Of a DNA stretch of 64,000 nucleotides, positions 49,885 through 59,461 are shown in pieces (the stretch's first letter is position 1; each line of letters opens with the position of its first letter). The stretch spans positions 26,279 through 90,278 of the forward strand of contig CAYZRW010000005.1 of NCBI GenBank assembly GCA_964480955.1. The letters run 5' to 3'. The stretch comes from an uncultured Candidatus Bathyarchaeia archaeon. Its GTDB lineage: Archaea; Thermoproteota; Bathyarchaeia; 40CM-2-53-6; RBG-13-38-9. The notes under the pieces are model-generated. The model did no database searches and was not told where the DNA came from. It saw nothing but the letters and a program-made list of their open reading frames with translations. A program made the position numbers and the translations under genes.

Positions 49885-50415
49885 CTACCGTCTCGGGATG
49901 GCCTTTTGGATCGCGCGTTGCAGTTTCCCCGGTTCTTTCGAGTACAATCTCATGAACTCCCCTCTTCTGGGGTGAAGTACCGAGACATACATTCTCTTCT
50001 CATTTGTCTTCGTCCTGTATCTTGGCTTCAAAGCAATCAACCTTTTTCCATCTGAATCAACGCCGTTGGCCATGATTCTGTAACGAGTAGGTATGATTAG
50101 AAGCGGAGCCGGGAGTATCAGAATGGAAAGGAACAGAAATGCGACTATTGAGACCAGCAGGCTTGGAATCTGGAAGAGTGCGACTTGAACGAAGAATATG
50201 CCATAGAGAATTGCGACGTCAAGAAGGAAGATGAGTATCGCTCTGAAGATTCGCATGTTCCGGTCGGCCAGCTTGAGATCCGTAGAGTCGCTTTGATACA
50301 AGACTTCACTGTCAGCCATTGTCTTCACTGAAACCATCCATAGGTGGCGATTGCGAGTAGAAAAACCTTCCTGAGTTTCAAACATTGTCTCAATACATTC
50401 TCGAATGGCTACCAT
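49885..50415 (-). CDS. Hypothetical membrane protein (2 TM segments plus a soluble domain)
   Basis: 176-aa ORF with two adjacent hydrophobic helices. No catalytic motifs were recognised. Confidence 0.35.
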   Translation of the reverse strand: MVAIRECIETMFETQEGFSTRNRHLWMVSVKTMADSEVLYQSDSTDLKLADRNMRIFRAILIFLLDVAILYGIFFVQVALFQIPSLLVSIVAFLFLSILILPAPLLIIPTRYRIMANGVDSDGKRLIALKPRYRTKTNEKRMYVSVLHPRRGEFMRLYSKEPGKLQRAIQKAIPRR

Positions 50416-50600
50416 ATCCTAGTGAGGACATCTGGACAATGACTCACCTACCTCTAGGTTTGAGCGCTGAACAAGCTGGCAAAACCTAAATAAGATACGG
50501 AAGTCTTATGGGGGAAACTCAGAGCGGTAGTGACAGAATGACGAAGTCTCACATTGGACTTCATGTAGTTCATTATGACCCATAGGACTCTTTCAATTAG

Positions 50601-51059
50601 GTGAATGATTTGGCTAGGCTATTCACGCACAAACGTGGAAGATCAGGCTCAACCAGGCCTATCAGTAAGAAGCCTCCAGGATGGTGCAATTACCGACCCG
50701 AAGAGGTAGAAGCTCTCATCATGAAACTCTCGAAACAGGGAAATACTCCAAGCGCAATAGGCGTTATCCTGCGAGACAAATATGGTATCCCACTTGTGAA
50801 ATCGATAACTGGCAAGAAGATGGGAGAGATGCTTTCGCAGTCACAACTCGCCTCGAATATTCCTGAAGACCTTCAAGTCCTTCTTGAAAAAGCTCAGGGC
50901 CTGGCCAAACATCTTCAAAGAAATAGGCAGGACTCTGTTAACAAGCGCTCTCTAACCCTCGTTGAATCGAAAATACATAGACTTGTAAAATTCTACAAGT
51001 CGGAAGGAGTCTTACCTCCAGATTGGAAATATACACCTGTAGCGGCATCCGTTGAATAG
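50601..51059 (+). CDS. rps15: 30S ribosomal protein S15 (uS15/S13e)
   Basis: 152 aa with the archaeal S15P/S13e N-terminal extension (KRGRSGSTRP) and an S15 C-terminal domain. Confidence 0.85.
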   Translation: MNDLARLFTHKRGRSGSTRPISKKPPGWCNYRPEEVEALIMKLSKQGNTPSAIGVILRDKYGIPLVKSITGKKMGEMLSQSQLASNIPEDLQVLLEKAQGLAKHLQRNRQDSVNKRSLTLVESKIHRLVKFYKSEGVLPPDWKYTPVAASVE

Positions 51060-51543
51060 AAAGCTTGGTTTTTGTGGGGTCCGTTCTTCTTAGCGACCTA
51101 GCCATCTGATCTTGTAGATCCTAACGCCTTACCTAGCATTAGCCGGAGTCATCGTCGCACTATCAGCAGTCGTAGTGGTTAAGAAGAGAAGTAAAGCCTA
51201 AACAAAATTCCTCTCCTCTTTTTCCGAAACAATCTACGCGCGCGGGTATATTCAATGAGTCTCCATTAGAAGGGAGGGGTTGTTAGGGGGCGCTTCCTCC
51301 AAAGACAGGATGGATTCTTTGTGTGTGTGCTCACCAAGGGATACACACACTTTTATAATGCCTCAGTCACCTTGAATTACTTACGCTATTCTAGTTAGGT
51401 TTGCGTTTTCGTCTGACTGTAAAGATAGTGGATGCGACCCCATCTCAACCTATCTGGCAAGGATTGGGAGAGGAATAGTGGCAATATGGTTTATATTCAA
51501 GCACGCAAGAAATGTCGGATGCGTCAAGCACAGGTTAGCGAAT

Positions 51544-51864
51544 ATGCAACTAGAAAAGACCGGGACAGTCAAAACTATCTCCCAAAAAGGCGAACTCAAA
51601 GTTTTGGTAGTTATCGAGCTTCATCAGGAGAATCCCGACCAACCACCAAGACAGATAATCTCTCCGATAAATCAGCCACTGGAAAGACAGATCTCAGAGT
51701 CGATACATATGGCCGTTTCAGCCATTCCCGTTAGTCTTCAACAGATAGGAAGATCTTCCAATGAGGTAAACTGGGTCGTATCCAGAGAAGAATACGCCCG
51801 TAGCAGTATATGCGTCGGCGACAACGTGACTCTAACTCTTTTATGTATTCAAAAAGCAGGGTAA
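51544..51864 (+). CDS. Hypothetical protein (weak call)
   Basis: About 106-aa ORF from an internal Met of the 51478..51864 ORF. There is no recognisable domain. It lies in an AT-richer stretch otherwise free of ORFs. Confidence 0.2.
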   Translation: MQLEKTGTVKTISQKGELKVLVVIELHQENPDQPPRQIISPINQPLERQISESIHMAVSAIPVSLQQIGRSSNEVNWVVSREEYARSSICVGDNVTLTLLCIQKAG

Positions 51865-52022
51865 AGTACCGCTAGCAAGTTCGTATTAAATACCGTCCTT
51901 TTCTGTCAACATCTTCAGAAGCGAAAGGCGCTTGGTCGGTTGAGGACTGTTCGAACAAGCTGAATGAATCGACTTATCTCTATATAGGATGGTGCACATG
52001 TACCTTCGATCTAACTCCTCAG

Positions 52023-53174
52023 TCATGCGTACTGATATATGAGCCTTTGATAGAACCCGATTAGCCGTCCGATCTTTTCTTCGATCATCAGCCTCTGCGA
52101 AATTCTTTCAATATTTGACTGAAGTTCTGAAGGATCAAGCTTGGCCAGCTTCTTCGCCAAGTCATCGACGTTCTCTCCTACAAGGCCGACACCGTTCCTT
52201 TCTATGAAGCGTCTTACCGCTTTGTGTGGAAAGGCTAGAACCGGGAGGCCGCATACAACGTATTCAAACACTTTGTTTGGAATGGCGATTTCGAGATGCT
52301 TCCTGTTCCTTGCTCTGTTGAGACCAGTCCAACCGTAGTCATATCGCGTCAACTGTTTCAGAAGCCTTCTCCTATCCGTATGCCTGTGATAGTGTACGAA
52401 TTCGTTCTTCGTGCCAAGCTCCTTGTAGGCTCTGTTGCTACGGGTGATCAGGTTCGAAGTAGGATGGATGTGAATGTGCAGTTTGTGGTCGGCTAGCTCT
52501 TTGAAGATGCCCAGAAGATAGTAGTGGCTCTGTCTGAGAAGCGACGTAACACAGCCGATATACACTATGTGGATCTGGCCATCCTTATCGGACAGTTTCT
52601 TCTCGGAGAATTTAGGCAAATACATTCGCGACACATAATTTAGGAAGACCAGATTGTTGTTCACGTTCACTTTGTACCGACGCTGAATATACTTCCACAT
52701 CTCACCGGTGGCGTATATGCGACCGTCACTTTGCTCGTTCGCCGTTTTCTCCTGGAGGGCGTAACGTGACAGAGATTCCTGATTATCGCGACTGAAAAAA
52801 CCAGAGTGATGAATTGAGAGTATCTCATGGGTGTCATGTATCACAGGAGTTCTCGGGGACACTTTACTGGCTGCGATTGTCAAATAGTCCGGTGCGTTAT
52901 GGCTATGAATGATATCCGGCTTAGTATCGTTGACTGCGTTTGAAACAAAGGAGCCTAGGCTCTCTCCCCTCCATTTTATCACCTTATCGAAGTACTCGTC
53001 ACCGTAACCGTAGAGCGTCTTCAGCTCTCGACCCATGTGAGCTAGCGAAATCGAGATCTTACTGCCCAAAACATGTTTCATGGCCTCTGCGTACTTCAGG
53101 CTGCGGATGCAGGGCTGAGGCTGGAGAAACAGCAATCTGAACCCACTATTATCACTACTCTCTCGGCAATTCAA
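52023..53174 (-). CDS. Glycosyltransferase (GT-B fold, group 1/GT4-like), paralogue A
   Basis: 383 aa with a C-terminal sugar-donor domain motif (IPNKVFEYVVCGLPVLAF). Its N-terminus (LLFLQPQPCIRSLKYAEAMK) is shared with paralogue B. Confidence 0.65.
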   Translation of the reverse strand: MNCRESSDNSGFRLLFLQPQPCIRSLKYAEAMKHVLGSKISISLAHMGRELKTLYGYGDEYFDKVIKWRGESLGSFVSNAVNDTKPDIIHSHNAPDYLTIAASKVSPRTPVIHDTHEILSIHHSGFFSRDNQESLSRYALQEKTANEQSDGRIYATGEMWKYIQRRYKVNVNNNLVFLNYVSRMYLPKFSEKKLSDKDGQIHIVYIGCVTSLLRQSHYYLLGIFKELADHKLHIHIHPTSNLITRSNRAYKELGTKNEFVHYHRHTDRRRLLKQLTRYDYGWTGLNRARNRKHLEIAIPNKVFEYVVCGLPVLAFPHKAVRRFIERNGVGLVGENVDDLAKKLAKLDPSELQSNIERISQRLMIEEKIGRLIGFYQRLIYQYA

Positions 53175-53377
53175 GATCTCTTCCTCAAGAGAAGGCGATT
53201 TAGCGCGCGCGATTTACGTACAGGCCTTTCTGAATACGGCTTCTGCTTCATGCGATGTGATCGCGGGCTGCAACGCTGAGTCGTTGCAAGTTTTCTTCCA
53301 TAGACGTTTTCTGTGCAAGAACAAATAAGCAGAATCCTATTTAACCTTGAGGCCCTTTCGACCATGCGAGGAAGCGC

Positions 53378-54478
53378 ATGTTGCGTGTACTATTTCTCCG
53401 CCCACAACCCGCGATCAGGAGCCTCAAATATGCCTTAGCCTTCAAGGATGTAAAAGCCGAGGTCGAACTGTATCACGGGTACACAGCCAAGACGATCTCG
53501 GGGCTGTATGGCTATGGAGATGAATGCTTCAGGAAGTCTGTGCGACTGGACTCGAGAAGGCTTGGAGAAGAACTGAAGCGGTTGATCAAGGATTTCTCGA
53601 TCGAGCTGATTCACAGTCAGAACGCTCCAGACACTCTTACAAGGATCGCGGTGGAAGCTACGGATGAAGTTCCAATCATTCATGAGAACCAGGATACTAT
53701 CTCTCTGCGCCAAACACCGTATACGCCAGAAACCAATTTTGAGGAACAGCTGGTCGATGAGAGAATTGCAAACCAGATGTGCGATGCCAGAATCCACGTA
53801 AGTCAAGGTATGTTGGACTACATACGGAGCAGGTACGGCGCAAAGAGAGAGATCGTGTTCCACAACTACGTTTCCAGATCTCTGATGCCACATTCTTTCA
53901 AGAGAAAGCTGTCGGAGAGTAACGGAAATGTCCATCTAGTGTACGAGGGAACATTGTCAAGCCTTCTTGGAGATCACTACGATCTTAAGGATATCTTCAA
54001 GGATCTTGCACGCCATGGCTATCACATTCACATCTACGATTCACACAGCAATCAAGACTACGCTAGATTAGCCGAGATCTATGATTTAATCCACTATCAC
54101 GGGCACAAGGACCCGAGGGAACTTCCCTATGAGATAACCCAATACGACTACGGTTGGGCTGGCTTCAATGTTACAAAGAACAGAGAACACATGGACGTGG
54201 CGTTACCCAACAAACTGTTTGAGTACCTGGCTTCAGGGCTTCCAGTGCTTTCATTTCCACACAAAGCACAGAAAGAATTCATTGAAGCGAACGAAGTAGG
54301 CCTCGTGTCAAAAGACCTTAACGAACTTGATGATAACATCAAGCAGCAAGCCAAGATAGAGCAGCTTAAGTGCAATGTATTGCAGAAAAGATTCGAATTC
54401 ACGATGGAGGCCAACATTGGGAGAGTTCTCAATCTCTACGCTGATCTACTTGAGCTTGGAAAAACTTGCCACAGATGA
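53378..54478 (+). CDS. Glycosyltransferase (GT-B fold, group 1/GT4-like), paralogue B
   Basis: 366 aa (VLFLRPQPAIRSLKYALAFK..., LPNKLFEYLASGLPVLSF). It is clearly paralogous to 52023..53174 and divergently transcribed from it. Confidence 0.65.
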   Translation: MLRVLFLRPQPAIRSLKYALAFKDVKAEVELYHGYTAKTISGLYGYGDECFRKSVRLDSRRLGEELKRLIKDFSIELIHSQNAPDTLTRIAVEATDEVPIIHENQDTISLRQTPYTPETNFEEQLVDERIANQMCDARIHVSQGMLDYIRSRYGAKREIVFHNYVSRSLMPHSFKRKLSESNGNVHLVYEGTLSSLLGDHYDLKDIFKDLARHGYHIHIYDSHSNQDYARLAEIYDLIHYHGHKDPRELPYEITQYDYGWAGFNVTKNREHMDVALPNKLFEYLASGLPVLSFPHKAQKEFIEANEVGLVSKDLNELDDNIKQQAKIEQLKCNVLQKRFEFTMEANIGRVLNLYADLLELGKTCHR

Positions 54479-54871
54479 GATTCACTTCAACCCTTTGGTA
54501 CCCAAGAAAAGCGATGTACGACGAATAGTTGCGAAGCATCTTGTTGTAGCTTTGGTCGTCTATGGTGGACTACGCACCGAGGATAGCGGGCGCATTTATG
54601 AGCAATGTAGTGCAGTATAGGCATAGGTCTTTGTATGATCGTGAACGAATGGTATGCGTACACGTTATTCATGCTCAGCTACGGCTTCGGCAGGCATAAC
54701 TCCACCATCCCTACTCTTCAAAGAGAACGGTGTATCAGTGACGACTACCGTAGATGTAACCGTTGGCAGCACTTTCACCATGAGTTTGACGAGACACTCT
54801 TCTACTTCTGACAATTCCAACATCCAGACCCGGGGGTGGCCAAATCCCAACTTGATTATTGATCAGATAAG

Positions 54872-55072
54872 TCAAGAAGCCAAGACTTCTATGCAATGCT
54901 TGGCGTATCTAATGGCATCTTGAGCTTCATCGCTATTGAACAGCATGGCTGAGATAAGGATATCGTGAAGGAACTGATTCCTAATCTCCTTAACCTTACG
55001 CATCATTTTGTAAGTTTCGTCATCAATCAACTCGAGCTCTCTTAACATGTCTTGCAATCTGGAGGCAGGCAA
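54872..55072 (-). CDS. Small HEPN-like protein (Rx4H motif; possible toxin remnant)
   Basis: About 66 aa from a TTG start. It contains EIRNQFLHD, an R-x4-H motif as in HEPN/HepT nucleases. No partner MNT ORF was found. Confidence 0.3.
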   Translation of the reverse strand: MPASRLQDMLRELELIDDETYKMMRKVKEIRNQFLHDILISAMLFNSDEAQDAIRYAKHCIEVLAS

Positions 55073-55319
55073 GTCATAGATCCGCTTGAGCTAACATTCT
55101 CTTATCGGAGACGCTGGTGAACGTCTTGTAAGCTTTCCGCAGTGAATACAAAATTTCGTATTAAGCCAAGGGAAAAGCTCTCTTACACACCTGGAGCATA
55201 AAGGCATGGTGGAAACCTAGCATATTCAGTTAAACTATTTGTTTGAAATAGGTCTTTCGAGATCGTGACTACGCTATGAAGCAGCTGCGCGAGGAATAGG
55301 AGATAGAAGGGTGGAAGAC

Positions 55320-55757
55320 TTAGCTGAGTTGTTCCAGTTGACTTAGATCCTGAGTCCACTGATACTGATATCTCTTACTCCATTTTTCATATATTGACTT
55401 CCAATGATCCTTCAAATCCTGGAATGTGCAGTTGTTGACCTTGCAAAAGTGTGTGGTTATGGGCTTTAGGTTGATCTTCCCTTCAGCCGCCAGGGTCTGG
55501 ATGAGGCCGAAGTGCTTTATGGAGTGGCATGCTGTGCAGAGAAGCTGGAACCCTACAAGCCGCTGAACATGCCTCTCATCATTATACTCCCAAATCTCAT
55601 GAAGATGGACAAGCCCTTCCTGTCCGCAGACCTCACATCTCTCACCTTTCTCCTGGATCCTTCGAACTCTCAGCCTCTCCCACTCATCTCTTGGCAACAT
55701 CTTCGCTAAAGACTTCCCCCACAGAGGTTTAGGAACCAGTTCGATCTCCAGCTTCAA
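55320..55757 (-). CDS. HNH-like zinc-finger protein
   Basis: 145 aa. CEVCG...VHLHEIWEYND...CTACHSIKH resembles an HNH nuclease ββα-metal motif (CxxC...H-H...N...CxxCH..H). Confidence 0.4.
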   Translation of the reverse strand: MKLEIELVPKPLWGKSLAKMLPRDEWERLRVRRIQEKGERCEVCGQEGLVHLHEIWEYNDERHVQRLVGFQLLCTACHSIKHFGLIQTLAAEGKINLKPITTHFCKVNNCTFQDLKDHWKSIYEKWSKRYQYQWTQDLSQLEQLS

Positions 55758-56177
55758 TAAACTACACCCGTGAGGCTTCGGAGAGGCTTCGGAGACCTTA
55801 AAGGTTGACGCTAAAAATCCAGTTCCAGATCGCGGAGTCAGAGCAGCAGATTTGGTTGACGAGAAAACGCGTTACGACGTTAAGAAGTATGTTGAGTTGC
55901 TGCAAAAACACTCAGGCCTCCTCTAATTGTGTGCCACAATAGTCACAGATAGAAGCGGATTCATCTTGAGTTATTCGGCCACATCTTGGACAGTATAACA
56001 ATCTTCTGGAAATCATCATGATCATCTATCGACATGAAATCCTTAAGTTATTACATTCGTTGAGAGAGTTAGGGAACTATTACTAGAAAATACCTAGTGA
56101 ACAAAGAAGGTACCTTCAAAAGCGTTTAAGTATAGATGACATACACCTTCCATCAAAACTTCATTGGAGGAGATGCA

Positions 56178-56462
56178 ATGTCAAAGGAACCGAATACAGT
56201 ATTCATAGGGCGAAAGCCGATCATGAACTACGTATTGGCTGTGATAATCCTCTTCGGCAGGGGAGAGACAAAAGAAGTCACCCTTAAGGCTAGAGGGCAA
56301 GCCATAACAACCGCTGTAGATGTTGCAGAGATAACTAGGCGGAGATTTATGAAGAACCTGAAAGTCGATCGGGTAAACCTCGGGACAGAAGACATACCAA
56401 TGCAAGAAGGTGGGACGAGGTCAGTCTCGACGATCGAGATAACCCTCTCAAAATCCCTTTGA
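56178..56462 (+). CDS. albA: DNA/RNA-binding protein Alba
   Basis: MSKEPNTVFIGRKPIMNYVLAVIILF...EVTLKARGQAITTAVDVAEITRRRF...RSVSTIEITLSK is a typical Alba sequence. Confidence 0.85.
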   Translation: MSKEPNTVFIGRKPIMNYVLAVIILFGRGETKEVTLKARGQAITTAVDVAEITRRRFMKNLKVDRVNLGTEDIPMQEGGTRSVSTIEITLSKSL

Positions 56463-56601
56463 AAAGCCTCTTCTAAGGTCTCGAGAATCTGAGCGCGCGC
56501 GCTATCCACCATTCTTCATGCTTCCAATGCTTCAAGGCGTTATCATCCTCCATTTACCAGTTTTCGCAGAAGCTCTTGGAATGTTAGCGCATATTATTCG
56601 A

Positions 56602-57717
56602 CTAGCTTTCCTCTTTGAGTTTACGTTCAAGCCCTTCAAGTCTTCTGGTGGCTTCCTCAAACTTCTGCGCTAATTGTTTGATCTGTTCGTCACGTCTCTT
56701 CATCTCTTCGCTTAGAGAGCTCCTCTCTGTGCCAGAAACGATGTTGAGGTATTTCTCGGCGATTCGATACTGTTCTAGGACGTACTCCTTGTCCATATGG
56801 AACTTATCATAATGGTTTGGATCCGTGACGTGTCCCATCCAGAACTCGACAGCCTGAAGGTCAAGCCCATCCTTCTTTCTCTGCAGGTGTAGTAGAGTTC
56901 TAGCTACGTCGCAGAACTCGTGGGGGTTGTAGCCGTATCTATTGGCTGACTGCCCACCCATCTTGATGTATTTAAGCTTCTGGAGGAGCCTCTGATGTCT
57001 ATAGAAGGCTGCGCGTTTGGCTATGGCTTTGCAGTTGCGGTCGGGCAGGATCGCCTCTCCATCTTTAGGGTAGCCCCGGACCCTCTCAAAATATTCGCGC
57101 CAAGCAACCAAAGCGTCTCGACCGATAAACGTATAGAATCTGGTCTTGTTCTTGGATTGTTTGCGTCCATGATACTCAATCATGAAGGGTTCATCGACAC
57201 CTTTGGTCTTCAGGTGTTCTGTGGGGGCAACCCCACATTTACGGTTGAAGAGACTGAACCTTTCAAGGTCAAGAATCCCCATGAACAAGGTCAAGTAGAA
57301 AGGCTTCATGCTGAAGTCTGAGACAGAGACTAGGCTCTTGATAACCTTGAGGGAGAGCCTGCCCTGAGTAGGCTCCCTAGTCGGCTTAAGATTGAAGTCA
57401 TCCTCAGGCAAAGCAGCACGATTACGCCTGAAGAAGCTCCTAACCGCATCCCACCTAGACATCAACCCACGATAAGTCCCACCGCAACTTTGAATATGCT
57501 CCTCCAGCAAATCCAACAAAACATACTTCCTCCCCTCCCGTTCAGCCCTAAGCTGAAACTCAATCAACCCACTCGGAGTAATCCCCTCAAACCCCGGCTT
57601 AGAATGCAGAAAATCCAGAAAGTACTTCAACGCATACTTTTTAAAATGGGTAGACTCATAAGCCGATAACCACTTCACAACAGCCGGATCCCCTGCCATG
57701 TCAACCGTCACGATCAT
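56602..57717 (-). CDS. Tyrosine recombinase/integrase-family protein with a C-terminal coiled-coil extension
   Basis: 371 aa. It has an N-terminal SAM-like core-binding region and a C-terminal catalytic-domain signature (FWMGHVTDPNHYDKFH, cf. the LGHxxxxxTxxYxH box). The last 50 or so residues are charged and heptad-like. Confidence 0.6.
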   Translation of the reverse strand: MIVTVDMAGDPAVVKWLSAYESTHFKKYALKYFLDFLHSKPGFEGITPSGLIEFQLRAEREGRKYVLLDLLEEHIQSCGGTYRGLMSRWDAVRSFFRRNRAALPEDDFNLKPTREPTQGRLSLKVIKSLVSVSDFSMKPFYLTLFMGILDLERFSLFNRKCGVAPTEHLKTKGVDEPFMIEYHGRKQSKNKTRFYTFIGRDALVAWREYFERVRGYPKDGEAILPDRNCKAIAKRAAFYRHQRLLQKLKYIKMGGQSANRYGYNPHEFCDVARTLLHLQRKKDGLDLQAVEFWMGHVTDPNHYDKFHMDKEYVLEQYRIAEKYLNIVSGTERSSLSEEMKRRDEQIKQLAQKFEEATRRLEGLERKLKEES

Positions 57718-57779
57718 TCCTCACAATCCACATTGCGCATACTACAGATACAACATTAACGAGAGGTCTGTTAACTGGA

Positions 57780-59207
57780 ATGCTCGATTCTTATAGAGAG
57801 CTTGTGAGGCAAGCTGAAGCCTCGGCTGAGAGAATCCTAGCTGAAATAGCAAACGGTTCTCAGTTATTAGTTGGATATCACTTTGATGCTGACGGAATAG
57901 CCGCCGCCGGAATACTATCAAAATCCCTTTACAGGAAGGGTGCATCATTCCATCTGAGAGCCCTAAAACAGCTAGACCAACAAAATGTCGAACTCCTCTC
58001 GAAATCAGTTTCCGAGACTATGATCTTTACAGACATTGGGAGTGGCTACCTTGATCTTCTTAGAGATCTGACAAAGTCAAAGAACGTCTTCATACTTGAT
58101 CACCACCAAGTCAATGGGGAAAACGATGACAAATTCGTACACGTCAACCCTCACCTATCGGGTATAGATGGAGGTAAGGAGATTAGCGGCGCCGGCGTCT
58201 CTTACATAGTAGCAAAGGCTATGGATGAACAGAATATCGACCTATCTCCATTGGGAGTCGTAGGGTCCATAGGCGATATGCAAGACAAGAACGAAAAAAG
58301 AACGCTCCACGGTTTCAATTCATTCATAGTTGAAGACGCGGTTGAGACAGGTCTTCTCAGGGTTGAGCCGGACCTAATCATTTACGGCAGAGAGACAAGG
58401 CCAATCCACAAGGCTCTGTCACATACAGTGAATCCTTTTCTTCCAGGATTAAGCGGGGAAGAGGATAACTGTCTCGCATTACTGTCTTCACTGTCAATAC
58501 CAATCAAGATCAGTGACAGGTGGAGAACGGTGGTTGAACTCTCTAATGATGAAAAACAGAGAATGGTCTCGGCAATAGTCGAACACGTTACTTCAAAAGG
58601 TTTCGAAGGAGCTGTAGCGATGAACCTGATTGGAAGCGTCTACACTCTCCTCCGAGAGGACAAGTGGACACCTACACGCGACGCTAGGGAGTATGCGACT
58701 CTACTCAACGCATGCGGAAGGATGGATCGACCGGCACTCGCCATAGCCCTCTGTATGGGCGAGCGCGGTGCCACTATCGACGAAGCAAACAGAGTCCTCT
58801 CAGACCATCGAAAGACCCTAGCCAAGTACATGTCTTTGATAAACGAGAAGCCCGAGATAATGGAGAAACTTGAGAGCCTCAGCATAATTCATGGTGAGGA
58901 CTTCCTGAACGAAAACATGACAGGAGCAGTATCCTCTCTATTGTCATCATCCGAGATTCTTGCACTAGATAAGGTAGTAGTCGTATCAGCAATGACGAGA
59001 AACGGTGACATAAAGGTCTCAATCAGGGCCACGGAGAAAATGGTTCAAAAAGGTCTAAACTTGGGCCTCACACTTCAACTCCTTGCCAAGAAATATGAAG
59101 GAACTGGCGGCGGCCACAGAATTGCTGCAGGCGCTCAGATTCCACATTCAAGACTGAGAGAGTTCCTCACGGACTTGAACCGTACGGTCTCAGAGGTGCT
59201 TGGGTAA
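57780..59207 (+). CDS. RecJ/Cdc45-like DHH-family nuclease (archaeal GAN/RecJ homologue)
   Basis: 475 aa with DHH motifs I-IV (HFDADGIAAAGIL, FTDIGSG, ILDHHQ, GDMQD) and a DHHA1 domain (GTGGGHRIAAGAQI). Confidence 0.8.
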   Translation: MLDSYRELVRQAEASAERILAEIANGSQLLVGYHFDADGIAAAGILSKSLYRKGASFHLRALKQLDQQNVELLSKSVSETMIFTDIGSGYLDLLRDLTKSKNVFILDHHQVNGENDDKFVHVNPHLSGIDGGKEISGAGVSYIVAKAMDEQNIDLSPLGVVGSIGDMQDKNEKRTLHGFNSFIVEDAVETGLLRVEPDLIIYGRETRPIHKALSHTVNPFLPGLSGEEDNCLALLSSLSIPIKISDRWRTVVELSNDEKQRMVSAIVEHVTSKGFEGAVAMNLIGSVYTLLREDKWTPTRDAREYATLLNACGRMDRPALAIALCMGERGATIDEANRVLSDHRKTLAKYMSLINEKPEIMEKLESLSIIHGEDFLNENMTGAVSSLLSSSEILALDKVVVVSAMTRNGDIKVSIRATEKMVQKGLNLGLTLQLLAKKYEGTGGGHRIAAGAQIPHSRLREFLTDLNRTVSEVLG

Positions 59208-59461
59208 TGAAGATGACGATCAACATTAGACATCAAAGTGCAAAGATATCAAAGTCCATAGCAAAATCAATCGAACCTGACAATCTCCTCGCTCCATCAA
59301 CCGTAAGGATAAAGACCAAGCGGTGGAGAAATGTTACGGCTACGTCGATAACTTGCAGCGGGAGTCTTGAAACATTCATAGCCACCATAGATGATCTGCT
59401 ATTATGTATGGACGCCGCACGCAAGACGCTGGAGGCAATTAAAGATGAAGAACCAGCTTAG
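59207..59461 (+). CDS. pcc1: Pcc1-like KEOPS subunit (tentative)
   Basis: 84 aa: a β-strand (MKMTINIRH), then a helix with ...AKSI.PDN, as in archaeal Pcc1 (...VYESLLPD). The size fits. Kae1 and Bud32 lie elsewhere in the window. Confidence 0.45.
   Translation: MKMTINIRHQSAKISKSIAKSIEPDNLLAPSTVRIKTKRWRNVTATSITCSGSLETFIATIDDLLLCMDAARKTLEAIKDEEPA

Noticed and set aside
51432-51734. 100-aa ORF rich in R, K and S overlapping the 51478..51864 ORF
   Set aside because: Its composition is biased and low-complexity, it has no motifs, and it overlaps an alternative frame. It is treated as non-coding.
55776-55801. Tandem repeat gaggcttcgga ×2
   Set aside because: It has only two copies and lies inside or next to the end of the HNH-like ORF. 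It is too short to be a CRISPR or other array.
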